Notes: generated by a model not told the origin, from the letters alone. A DNA stretch of 64,000 bases from Psilocybe cubensis (GCA_017499595.2 CM039006.1:2356001-2420000), one strand, 5' to 3'; shown: positions 13,591 through 25,280, counted from the stretch's first letter. Made by a program: numbers and translations.

Positions 13591-15901
13591 ATGCCCACCA
13601 ATGCATCCCCCGACGCGGATCCGCTTCCTTCTACCGCAAATGCCACAACCCACAACGGACCCAGAAACGGACAGACGGCGGAGGGTGACTTTCCGCCGGA
13701 AGAATCAAATATTTGGACAACAAAGGAAATGCGCGTGTTGAAAAAGCATGTACAGCCCTACAAAGATACATCAAAGTCATCCAAAGCAGACTACATACAG
13801 AACACTGTCATACCTGAGCTGCAAGCTACATGGGATCACAGATACTCTAGACGTGCTAGGAAGGAAGATAAGCAACTACACAAAGAATGGAAGGTGAAGA
13901 AGCATGTGAGCTCGTTGTTTCTTTGAAAATTTTGTTACACACATAAACCATCACAATAGCGAATATTTAATTGGTTTAGAAACCATGCGTCAAATCGAAT
14001 TGGTGTAAAATTGGAAGGATTGAACTCCCGTATAACCTTTCAGACGGTATTCCGTGAGGAGAAGTCGGCAGAGATTGACTCCGAGGTTGCGCTTCTATCA
14101 GGGAATGCTGCTCGTAGAAGTAAAGATTGGATGAAGTTTTATCAACAAGGACGTAAGCAGGTTGAGGCCAGATTGACTCAGGAGGAGCGGGACAGGTTCA
14201 TGGAGATCCTCGAGGAATGGAATAAGAAAGGTGTTTCAAAATCAATGAAGGCAAAGTGAGTCGGTGGAACTTGTTTCCGCCGTCAATCTGACATCTGCAG
14301 GACTGCTGCCAGGCAAGGCAGAAAAATACTTCGACAAATGGAGAAACTTAAGTGGCAGAGAATGGGTATGAGGTCCATTACCTTTGAGGGGCATTATGAT
14401 ATTGAGGGTAAAATCGAATACTCAATGTAAGTGTTAAACACGGCATGAACAAGTTCCGCCGTGAATGCTTACGGCGGAAACTTTATCCGCCGTAAACACC
14501 CTACGGCGGATAAAGTTTCCGCCGTAAGCATTCGCGGCGGAATAATTTGGCCCGTATTAATGTTGACTGATGGGCATTGAAGGACCCAGACAAGCGATCT
14601 AGCACTCGACGATGTCAGAATTCCTTCCTTTGGGCAACTCTTTCCATCCGAGTTGGCCGCTTTTCGCAGAGCGTTTGTTCAATACCTCGTCCACATTTCA
14701 GAAATAGAGAAGGGTGTGGCCAATCCAGCACTGCCAGATGCATCGTTTCATGAAAAATCCCTCAAGTTTAGCAGCAATGGATTTCCAATAGTACCTAGTC
14801 CTATCTATGGCTCAACTGGGAGAGAAGTCGCTTATGCACAAAAGTCAATTATTAGAATTTACATGAACAAGGTTTATGGTGTGTAATTTGTCTATGTCCT
14901 CAACAAACTTGCTAACTATGTATACAGCTTTAGCCAAGGACAGGCCTGGTTCAAGTGTTCCTTGGGATGCTCTTGAAAGGCGTTCTGCAGAAATGATTGA
15001 TCCAGAGTATTGGCCAAGTTCAATCCCCGTGACGGATCCGAGCCGGCTCCGCCTGGAGTCAACCTCTGCAATTCTCAAGCTATGGAGGGACCGTCAAGCC
15101 CAAGGAGACATCCCCTTTAAATTTTCAAAGGTTTTTGGAAATGGCTATGATATTATGGAACCTCTCTATCCGTCCAACTTGTTTGACGGCCTAGAAGCCC
15201 ACCCGATACCTCCACCTCCTGCAGCAATAACCAAACGTCGCCTGAGGCAAAAAGCTATACGACTTCAAACCCAATCTTCAAGCGACTCTGAATCATCCAA
15301 TCTGTCAGAGTTTGATAATGGACGGGGCAGTCCGGCATCCGCGATGCCACGCACTACTGCCAGATTTGAAGTCACGCCAGAGACGGATGAGACTCCTACC
15401 GACGCACCTTCAAGATCTAGCGAGCCACCCTCTCTACCAAGTAGATCCAGCCCAACAATTGTCAATCCATCATCCAGCCCAACTCCAGAGGTTGAGGAGG
15501 CGCCTCCCAAGCCAGCTAGAAAGATTATGCCAAGAAAAAGAACAAAGCCATATGTCGGAACGGCGGAAATGGACGGACCCGATGAAGAGAGTTCTGTACC
15601 CCCCCCAGTTAAGCCAAAACCAACTAGAAGGATTCAACCTAGGAAAAGAACAAAGCCCTACTCAGATCCACTTGACACAGTGGAAGAAGATGGAGTCCAA
15701 ACAGGAACAACCCAAGACACGGATAATACACGGGCCGGCAGGGACGTGACTTGTGATGCCTTTGTGGAGACAGTAACAAGTCCAGATACGGATGAAACAC
15801 GGGCCCGCAGGAATGTGACTTCGGATGCCTTAGCACTTCAGGAAGCAAGTCTGCTTGCTGTAGCAGGTAAAAGACAAAGAAAAAAAACTTTGAAAGCCTA
15901 G
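13591..15901 (+). CDS. KDZ-associated alpha-helical/HMG-like protein with a disordered S/P/T-rich C-terminus, multi-exon
   Basis: Exons include ..RIFNWFRNH.. and FREEKSAEIDSEV..WMKFYQQGRKQVEARLTQEERDRFMEILEEWNKKG (HMG-box-like pattern). ORFs 13591-13926, 14011-14259, 14653-14886 and 14876-15901 are linked by GT-AG introns. Confidence 0.65.
14454..14542. repeat. Intronic 89-bp near-perfect hairpin built from TCCGCCGT units
   Basis: 41-bp arms (14454-14494 and 14502-14542), one mismatch, 7-nt loop AACACCC. Confidence 0.9.
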
Positions 15902-16166
15902 CTGTTGAAGTAGATTCATGATACCTATTGAATGTGATGCTTTTTATTCTTATCTTGATGTTTCTCAAACATGTTTTCACACAAAATCAAAACAGAAAGC
16001 GGGTTCATTAAAAATCATCAAGTGCTACTTTTTGGGAGAGATATAAAACAGATGAGCACATGAGAGTAAAAACTATATACAGTCCAAATATTAAAAATTG
16101 TACAATGCAATCTATGAGACAAGGCAAAAAAGGAGACCAAAAAAAGTTACAAAGATTTGAAATACA

Positions 16167-18741
16167 CTACTTTTTTTGGGCCTTGGGTTTTTTGGGCGAG
16201 CGCGATGCTTCAGCCAGAGTCGTTTCCGCCTTTCGCTTCCGTCCAGCCCTTGTCTTTGTGGCTATGTTCGACGCGGGCAGCGTGGACGCCACGATCTCAA
16301 CATCCTCCTCCACAATTTCAACCTCGTCGCTGTCCGAGGGATCAGACAACTCCGATGAGTGTCCATTCCCGGATGGCCCAGCCTTGGAGGATGGCTTAGC
16401 CTTTGACAATGGCTTAGCCTTTGAGGATGGGCCGGCCTTTGACGATGACGATGGCGCGGCCTTTGACGATGGTGCACCCTTTGACAACGGTGCGGCCTTT
16501 GACGTCGAACTTCGAGGACGTGGAGCTGGGAGAGGGGGTGGTGGAGACAGGGAAAGGACGGGTGGTACCGGTGGGAGCGAGGGTCGGCCAGCTGGGGGGG
16601 GCGAAGGCGCTTCTGGAGTCGAACCGGGCAAGAATAGCTCTGTTGGTGGCGCAGACACGGCAGGGAAGACGGGTGCGGGTGGAGGTGGGGGTGGGGAAGG
16701 GAGGACAGGTGCTGGCGGTGGTGGAGGAGGGGAAGGGAGAATGGGTGCTGCTGGAGGTGGAGGTGGGGAAGGGAGGGGTGCTGGCGGTGGTGGTGGGCTG
16801 GGGGATTGTGGCGCAGAGGTGGGTTCACGGGTCCGCGACGGACCCGATTCTTGTTCGACCTCCGTCTTGGAGGGTTCTGCTGCCTGTTTGGGGGCGGGAT
16901 TCCTTTGTTCATCCTGCTCCAGCAAAACCCCGACCACGTACTGAACGTCCTGGATCGCCTGCTTGATGTTGTTGAACATCGTGACGGAAAGCGAAGTGTT
17001 TCCTGCCACTTGTTCTTTTGCCGTGGTCCACTCGGCCTTCAGCTCTTGGAAGCTGTCCTCGACGGTCTTCATCCTCTTCTCCACCGCCAAGTTTGTCTCG
17101 GCGAACGTTGCAATCCGTGCGTTTATCGCCGTCATGGACGCGGAAAGGCCATCCATCCGTTCCATCAGTCGGCCTTGTCGCTCAAACAGCTGCACAAGCA
17201 GCTCTCCCACATCCTCGGGGAACGACCCTTCCCCGGCCTTCCCCTTCGCCGGAACATCCTCTCCCTCCTCCAACTTCAACACCTCCCTGTAACTTCCCAG
17301 CGGCGTCGAGAGGTTGAATTGCCCGGCGACAGTGTTGCGTCCCGGGTAGAAACGTCCCGGGTAGAAACTGCAGTGAATCTTGCGAGACTTGCAAGACTCG
17401 CAAGATTGGTGCTTTACGGGGACGAGAGGCTCAGTGCCTGTCTCTCCCTTGACATGGCACGGCACCTTGAATTTGGTGCATCCCGTGCACCTTTCCACCA
17501 TATCCACCATCCCCTCCGGCACCTGGCGCGCTTTCTCGGATCTCGACCGCGCCTTCCTGATGGGGGGGATATTGTCCTGGTTGGCGTCCTTCTTTGCAGA
17601 CCGGGTGAGCATCTTCCGGGTGGGGGTGGTAGGCGGGGCCTCTTGGTCATCGCCTTCGTCGTCCTCGTCGACGTCGGCGTCCGCGTCTTCGTCCGTGTGG
17701 CTTCCTATGATTGCTTTGCTCTTGAACTTCCCCTGCTTGGACTTCGCCAATCTTTCCAGCTTCTCCCTGTACGCTGGGTGACCAGGCATGTTGGAGGCGG
17801 TGATGTGGGGAATGATTTCCCCCTTCCTTGTCCGTGGGCCCCTGTAGTCCGCTGGAGCCAACTGAATGGACTCCATGGGGTCCGCCGCTTTCCGTTTGCC
17901 CTTGTCTTTGTGGGCGTCTGTCACGGGTCCGTCTTCCACCGGGGGTTCGACTGCCTTGCCCTTGCCCTTCTCGGCCCGTCTCTTCTCCGTCTCCTCCTTG
18001 TTCCTCTCCTCGTCTGTCTCCTGCTCCTGCTCCTGCTCCCTCTTCCTCCTCTCCTCCGCCTTCTGCCTCTCCTGCTCCCTGGTCTTCCTCTCCTGCTCCC
18101 TCTTCCTCCTCTCCTCCTTCCTCCTCTCCTCCACCTTCTGCTTCTCTTCCTCCCTCTTCCTCCTCTCCTCCTCCCTCTGCCTCTCCTCCTCCTCCCTCTG
18201 CCTCTCCTCTTCCTCCTCCCTCTTCTTCTTCTCCTCCCTCTTCCTCCTCACCTCCCTCTTCCTCCTCTCCTCCACCCTCTGCCTCTCCTCCTCCTCTTGC
18301 TCCTCCTTTTCCCTCCTCTTCTCTTGCTCTTCCTCCTCCCTCCTCTTCCTCTGTGCCTCCTGGCCTTGCTGGTATGCCTTGAAATTTGCGACTTGATGAT
18401 GCAAATTTGCCCAGTCGACCTCGAACCTTGCTACCTGCTTGCCGTCCTTGCCCTGGCTGGTCTTGTATGAATACACGACAGGGCTTGCGACATAATCCAC
18501 GAGGCGGAAGTTGGCCGCGTCCCTGACGTGTTCTTGACACAGTGGAACCTATTTGGATGAATTTTTTTTGTTCAGTAAGTCTTATGCTCAAGGGATATCG
18601 ATTACTCACCAAGTCCCTGTAGAGCTGCTCCAACTGAGCGTTGAACGCGCTTTCGCCATTGCGGTAGCACTCTGTAAAGGTTTTTTCCCAGTCAGCAAGG
18701 CGTTGGGCGAAGGTGGCGGTGGTGGAAGATGAAGAGGCCAT
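16167..18741 (-). CDS. Zn(II)2Cys6-like DNA-binding protein with an E/R/K coiled coil and a Pro-rich tail (~840 aa, 2 exons)
   Basis: Exon 18741-18610 splices in frame to exon 18548-16167. Six-Cys motif CTGC-x6-C...CESC-x6-C (RCTGCTKFKVPC..SCESCKSRKIHC), followed by a heptad-repeat region. Confidence 0.75.
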
Positions 18742-19224
18742 TGGGAAAGCGTTTTTTTTGGGGGGGAAGACGCGTTAATGGGTGAGGCACGGTAGAACGT
18801 GGGGTGGTGATCGTGGTTGGAGTTAGTCTAAAAAAAGTCTAAAAAAAAGCGGTCCCGCAAAACAAAACCATACACAAACATGTACAATCTGAGTCATGTG
18901 ATTTCTTCACCAGATCCAGTTTGTGCAAAAGTTGCTAAGTTCGATACACGGGTGAATCTATTTCCGTGTCATGGAGAATCCTCGGATAGTATTGTATTCC
19001 GTGAGATATATAAACAAGCCCACCCAGTTGCACTTTCTGGACTGTATGTCCTCCTACAACTTTATTCCCACCTCTAGCAAAAATTCCCCCATTGACTACA
19101 CCAGTCTCAACAATCTTACCAGGCTTCTCGAAAAACTGAAGGAACCTCCTCCCGTAAAACCTATAAAATGTAAGACTAATTGCATTAATTCAAGTAAATT
19201 TAAATTGATTTCTGAGCATCAGCA

Positions 19225-20476
19225 ATGTCTTCAAATATTAGCAACTCTAAGGAAAGCAAACGCACAGCAAGGACGGATGACCTGGCTCCGCCGCCAATGC
19301 CAGTCATTCCAGATAACCTGGCTCCACCCCCTATGCCTGTTATTCCAGCTAACCTGGCTCCTCCCCCTATGCCAGTCATTTCATCTAACCTGGCTCCGCC
19401 CCCTATGCCAGTCATCCGGAAAGACCTGGCTCCGCCGCCAATGCCAGTAATTCCAGCTAACCTGGCTCCACCCCCTATGCCAGTAATTCCAGCTAACCTG
19501 GCTCCACCCCCTATGCCTGTTATTCCAGCTAACCTGGCTCCGCCCCCTATGCCAGTCATCCGGAAAGACCTGGCTCCGCCGCCAATGCCAGTAATTCCAG
19601 CTAGCCTGGCTCCGCCCCCTATGCCAGTCATCCGGAAAGACCTGGCTCCGCCGCCAATGCCAGTAATTCCAGCTAGCCTGGCTCCACCCCCTATGCCAGT
19701 CATTCCAGCTAACCTGGCTCCGCCGCCAATGCCAGTCATCCGGAACGACACGGCTCCGCCGCCAATGCCTGTCATCCGGAACGACTTGGCTCCGCCGCCA
19801 ATGCCAATCATTCCAAATAACCTAGCTCCTCCCCCTATGCCTGTCATTCCACCTACCCTGGATCCTCCCCCTATGCCTGTTATTCCAGATACCCTGGATC
19901 CTCCACCTATGCCTGTCATCCGGGATGATGCGGCTCCGCCGTTGATGGCAGCACATGTTTCATACACGTCTGTCGTCGACAAAATCATTATGGACTCTCG
20001 TCCAGCTATTTCCTCTGAGAGGAAGCAAGGTCGCTATTCTCCACCCCCTGAAGCATGCCACCTGCTCCTTCAAAACCCTTATTTTCGAACCTACGGCAGG
20101 TTTGATCCCATGGGCGGCTACCCCGGTTCGCCTCCCACCCAGTCTGACATTGAGTTCGAGAATGTAACAGATCAGACGGCGTATTTTAACCCTCCTTTTC
20201 TATATGTATGTACTCAGATATTACCAAGCACTAGATACTGACAACTATTTTAGAATTATACCGAGCAGCAGCTACGGGCAACATACGACCAAATAATTGA
20301 CAGTTCCGTCGGCGACAGTAGTTATGACGGAAAGGTTACAACGTTCAAGAACCTCCGGCTGCATCAGCTGCAGTCAGAGATTCTGACTTATAATGCGCTG
20401 GAGGAAATTGACGCTGGGCTGGCAGGGATTGAATCGAGTTTGGAAAAGCATTTGTATACCGGTAGAGATGAATAAA
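19225..20476 (+). CDS. Pro-rich tandem-repeat protein with a helical C-terminal domain (2 exons)
   Basis: 18 full and one partial 12-aa repeats (xxLAPPPMPVIx). Intron at ~20206-20253. The last exon ends ..KHLYTGRDE*. Confidence 0.7.
19276..19947 (+). repeat. 36-bp coding minisatellite (~18.5 units)
   Basis: Repeated CTGGCTCC.CC.CC.ATGCC.GT.AT.C.. units with synonymous variation. Confidence 0.95.
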
Positions 20477-20568
20477 TTATTTTTGGAGCCCTTGTGCTCA
20501 TTGACTTGCAATACCCCATAAATAACCCTCCCTCTCTGGGAAGACACGGGTCAAATGGGTCCGTCTGA

Positions 20569-20872
20569 CAGCACAACACGGGTCAAAACGGATCCGTCTG
20601 CTTGCAATACACGGGATGTAGATGGACCCGTCCGGTTCATTTGCGGCCCGTGTTTTTCCCGTGCAGCCCGACACGCGGATCCCGCATGCCACCCGGCGGC
20701 TCCATTTAGTGCTAAATGGCACGTCATGTACGCTATGATTTGCCAGGATAAATCACACGTACATCACGCTAATCTCCTAATTAGGTAGCGGGAGTAAATC
20801 CACCGTGTCTCACGTAATATCCTTATTATTAAATCTTAGGTAATGTACGTTATAAATAAACTGTCTTATGTG
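20569..20872 (-). repeat. Right TIR of the KDZ element (304 bp)
   Basis: Reverse complement of 5207-5510. Confidence 0.95.
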
Positions 20873-22079
20873 TAAATAATACAAATACTACTACAGGGAG
20901 CGAAATGGGGACCGAATGATATTGTGCGTGAGGTGTAATCGAAGTGCCAACACAGATGTTAAGCACGTATGAGATCTCTACGCTCGCCGTAAGTAACACA
21001 ATTTTCTGCACAGTGTTGTATATTGGGTCAGTCATTCAGCGCAGATACAGGTCAGCGAACAAGACATCGCAAAAGTTTCGAAGCATGTCTGGTAAGTCGC
21101 AACTCCAGTGTACCCGCCGTTTGCTAACCATGCGATTAGACGCACACGATTCTCACTCAAGTCGTTCGTTTCACCATTTCCTTCCTCTTGTTCTACACAG
21201 GTATGTTTCGTTCTGTCTACCTAATTTTCTGTAGTAACTTACATAGTATAGCCCATCTTCTATCCCGAACACTAACGATTCCTACTGACATCTCTGGTTG
21301 GCTGCCACTTCACTTAGGCTACTTCTACAACTGTTTCACCTCCGTTTCGCGGCGGAGCGGCACAGAAAAGACGAGAGCATTGTCGTCCATGTGCGTCACC
21401 TCGCCAGGCAAAAGTCGTGCCCATCACGACGCAGTTCACTAGGACGCTCAGCAACATCTTTGGCGTGCTCGACTACTTAAGTTGGAGCTTGTTCACCGCT
21501 GCCTTCGACGAGGAACGCTCTGATTCTCTAGTGAGGTTGGCGTATGGTCTCCTCAGTGATCTGGCCAAATACTACTCGAACGGACGGCTTAAGCAGCATT
21601 CCTGTCCAATTGGCTTACATCAAACTGCGATCTGGAAGTTGTATTCCAGATGATACCATGAACACCATGCCTCGGGCATGCGAGATTTTTCGAGGGTATT
21701 TTTTGTATCCTTTCCCTCTTACTTACGACTTAGGCTTAGGGACTGCGGACAGTGACGTTAGACGGGTAATTCGGCGGCTTTTACAACAATTATTTTTCTC
21801 CCTGTTGTTCGTATTATAGCTGTTGCTACAATCTGGCTAGGAATATTGCCATGCATAACAGTGTGGACGTCTTTTCCATGGGAGAATCCGCGTACGTACT
21901 CATCCGGGATCTCAATCTAATATCCACTTCTGATAGCTTCCTCTATCGATAGAATTCGCTACGAAGCCCCTGGGCCGCCATCCAACAGCATTTTTTCTCC
22001 AAGGTTTCTTCACATCCGGCATGGTTAGCGCCCTCGGCAGACATATTCACCGGCCTGATCATCGCATCGCTCATTGTAC

Positions 22080-25000
22080 TCATCTTCGTTGCCGTCTTCC
22101 TCCTCCGTGAATGGATGTCGCAGAATGCTCGCCTGGGCGTATTCGAAGAGGAAGAGCTCCCCGATCTGCCCCCCGTTTACGCGCCTCCACCGCAACCACA
22201 ACTGCAACATCAACCCAGGCTCGTCCGCCATTTTGCGCCGCTCGACCCTGCCAGCCTGAACCTTGAGCGTGGAGGGAACGCGCCGCTTTCAATGAGCGTC
22301 AGATCGAGGCTCTACGTATGGAGGCAATGCGTCAGAATCTGGACACAAACATCGCCGTGGACCCCAACAGATGGCGAGCAGACGCCCAAATAGCCGCTCT
22401 TAGGGATAGGAAGAAAAAGATGAATGCCAAAAGCTTCAACCCACATCATACGGTACGCGATGAAAACCAGGGAGAAACGGACCAGGAGGATGTACAATTT
22501 GAATTAGAGCAAGCGAGGAAGAAAAAATTCAACCAACATGTTACAGTGGCGCAGGACGGGGACGAGCCTGGGTTAGTAAGTCCCAGCGAATCGGACGATA
22601 CAGAGGATGATGAGGACGATTTCCATGAAGACGATGAAGTCGACAATGAGGGACATGGGCATGGAAACGGGCGTAGACATCGACGTCCACATCCTCTCCG
22701 ACGGCCTCATTTCGAAGAAGAAAAAGACGACGAAGACGACGAGGAAGACCAGGCAAAGTTGTGCAGTGGGGTGCTACCACCACCACCAACCCCTTTTTGC
22801 GGGTTTTCGATTCGACTGTTGACTCTTTGTTTGACTTTGCCTTTCGATCTGAAGCGGGGAGAATGGCGTGGTATACCCACTGCCCACTTACACCTACACC
22901 AACACCGTTTATCGACTATCGACCTTCACATTGGCTTTTGGTTTGCCAACCCAGTTTGTGTTCTACGGTTACACCCTACGCCTACACCGACGCTGACACT
23001 AGCGCCTCAGCTCATCTTACCTCACACCGACTTGCAGTACGCTCTGAACATCTTACACTGTTACACACCACATATCACACCATAGCATAGCATATCTTAC
23101 ACAACACCCACCAGACAAACTCGAATTCCGACTTATAAACCCAAACCCAAACACGAAATCAAGACGAAATGAAAGCACTAGACACGAACCTGTACACTCC
23201 CATCATCTCATCATCTCATCGTGGCGCTTTTGGTTTTCCCCACTGTATGATGTCTGCGTCTACTTTAACCATTCACTTCGTCCCGCCCACACCGACGTCA
23301 TCGTCGTCGTCTTCATCCGCTGCATCGTCCGCGTCGCTATCCACGCTGCCGACATCGTCGAATCCAACCCCCGCTCGTCGACTCTCACCACCACCACCAC
23401 CACCACCACCACCACCCGCGCCGATCTTTCTATCTCTACCACCACCACCACGGCCGCCGCGCACCTACTCCCATGCACCGACCACCATCACCTGTGATAA
23501 CAAACACGACACTGCACACACCAGCACCCACACACAACCTCACGCTCATACGCACCGCCGCGGAGCTCATCGAACTCGACGTGAAACTGCGCAGTACGCA
23601 CCCGGGCCTCAAAATCCCATCGCTGCCCATCGACCCCGCCGGTCTGCCCCTCGCGCGCGGGTTCATGCGCGTGCGGCTTGATGAGGTGAGGCAGAAGATG
23701 GACGCCGAGGAACAGGCGAGGGATGTGTGAGTGTTTTTTTATTTTATTTTTTTATTTCTTTCTTTCTTTCTTTTCTGGTTTTTGGGGTTTTTTGTTTTTG
23801 GAGTGTGGTTTTTAGAGAGTATGTTTTTTGGATTGTTTTTTTTGTGGGTTTATTTGGATAGATTTCGGTGGAATGGACAGATTCCAGTTTCGGAGGTTCT
23901 CTATTCCATCCATCTTGCAGAGGTACTTTGAACGAGCACGGTTCTGGTTCTTGTTCATGTTGTTGTTTGTTCGAGGGTGTATCCTTCGCCTTCGTCTTCA
24001 TCTTCGCATAGATCGTTTTGGCCGATGCATGCATGTACGGGTTGATTGATACGGGTGGATAGATGGTTCAGGACGGATAGCAGGATGGATAGAAGAACCG
24101 TCGGATGGGCTTTTGCTTTTACTTTTATTTTCTTTGCTTTTATTGTATCCCATTCTTTTTTATCCTATTCTATTCCCATTCTTATCTCTAATTTTCTAAA
24201 CACAACTAACACCCCTTTTCCTCTTTTCCCTCCCTTCCCCTACACTTATTTAACTTACTACAACCTACAAGCCTCCGCACTCAATTCACCCAAACACACG
24301 AAGACATTGCAACATCCTCCTCGCGCTGCTCCCGACGCTCTCGGAGCAGGTGCTGCGCGCGATGGATGTGGATGCGGTGAAGCGGGAGTTGCAGGCACGG
24401 TCGCGGGTGGGTAAAGGGAATAGGGAGCAGCAGGTGTTGGGGATTGGGAATGGGAATACACCAGCACAAGCACCGGCGAATAAGAGGAGTGTGTACCCAC
24501 TTGCACCGTACCCTTCCACTCCACCTCCGCCCCAGCCTCGTCAAACGCCTCCACAACAGGCTCAGGCTCAGCCCCAGCCTCATCAAACGCTTCACGCACC
24601 TGCTCACCATCACCCACACCAGCGCCCGCACCGTTCACACTCTCGCCGCCCGCACCCGTGTTCGTGCCGCGCGCCGCGTCGTTGCATTCCGCGTCGTTGT
24701 ACCCGTTCGCCTGTTTCTTTGCACTCGCCGTACCTTTCGCTTTCAGGGACAGAGTCAGAGTCTATTTCCATCTCGCACGACACGCAGGAGATATCGTCGT
24801 CGTTTGTATCGGACAACGGGTCTGTGAGTCGTAGTTGGGTCGTTGAGGGTTCGGGTGAGGGTTCCGAACAAGGAGGTGCAGGGGAGAGAGCGCCATCGCC
24901 TGCTTTGAGCTCTGTTTCTGGTGTTTCCCGTTTCGCATTCGAATTCGACGGATGAAGGGGAAGGTGGGGATGAAGATGAAGATGGTACGTCACTTCTCTT

Positions 25001-25280
25001 TCGTTGTGGGAGTTTGATTTTATCTGATTAAGAAATGTGTATATGTGTAGGCAGAGAATGTGATTAGTGTGTATACGGACACTGATGCGGATGCTGTTGC
25101 GGTTGCGGATGCTGGAGCGGGAGGATCGGGATCGGATCGGGAGGAGCGGGCGTAGATGCGTTGATCACCTTCGCAGTGCCCTCCAATTCCCACAGTTCTT
25201 TTGCTGTTACTTGCGCCGGGCAGGGAAGTAGATCCAGTGCCCGGACTAGGTCTCTCAACCATCCTAACTATCGCTCTCCG
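22080..25280 (+). pseudogene. Patchwork of short coding-like fragments separated by low-complexity tracts
   Basis: Short protein-like pieces (22318-22760; ELIELDVKLRSTHPGLKIPSLP at ~23560-23730; VLRAMDVDAVKRELQ at ~24350) lie between CCA, poly-T and CA-rich tracts. No coherent gene model. Confidence 0.35.

Larger units (their letters stand above)
5207..20872. mobile_element. Complete Kyakuja-type KDZ (Kyakuja-Dileera-Zisupton) DNA transposon, 15,666 bp, carrying TET/JBP and four other cargo genes
   Basis: 304-bp TIRs (CACATAAGACAG...CTGTCTTATGTG). TAAATAA flanks both ends (5200-5206, 20873-20879). The uninterrupted site with a single TAAATAA is present in the other repeat arm (~1970-2010, minus strand). 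Encodes a CxC2-KDZ transposase. Confidence 0.95.
1588..21279. repeat. Long inverted-repeat structure with ~685-bp near-identical arms; the right arm is split by the KDZ transposon
   Basis: 1588-2271 is the reverse complement of 4923-5206 joined to 20880-21279, with few mismatches. The ORF track gives identical or near-identical peptides on opposite strands (1633-1923 vs 20944-21234; 1996-2241 vs 4953-5198). No target duplication seen at the outer ends. Confidence 0.9.

Noticed and set aside
16060-19988. Long overlapping ORFs (16060-16944+, 16806-18470+, 17828-18382+, 19200-19988-, and most of 17647-18741-)
   Set aside because: Shadow frames of low-complexity or repetitive coding sequence. 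Only the first 44 codons of 17647-18741 are used, as exon 1 of the Zn2Cys6-like gene.
1633-21234. Duplicated small ORFs in the inverted-repeat arms and TIRs (e.g. MPTQML.., MVHYAR.., MPFSTK..)
   Set aside because: Their identity simply reflects the DNA repeats. No protein-like features.
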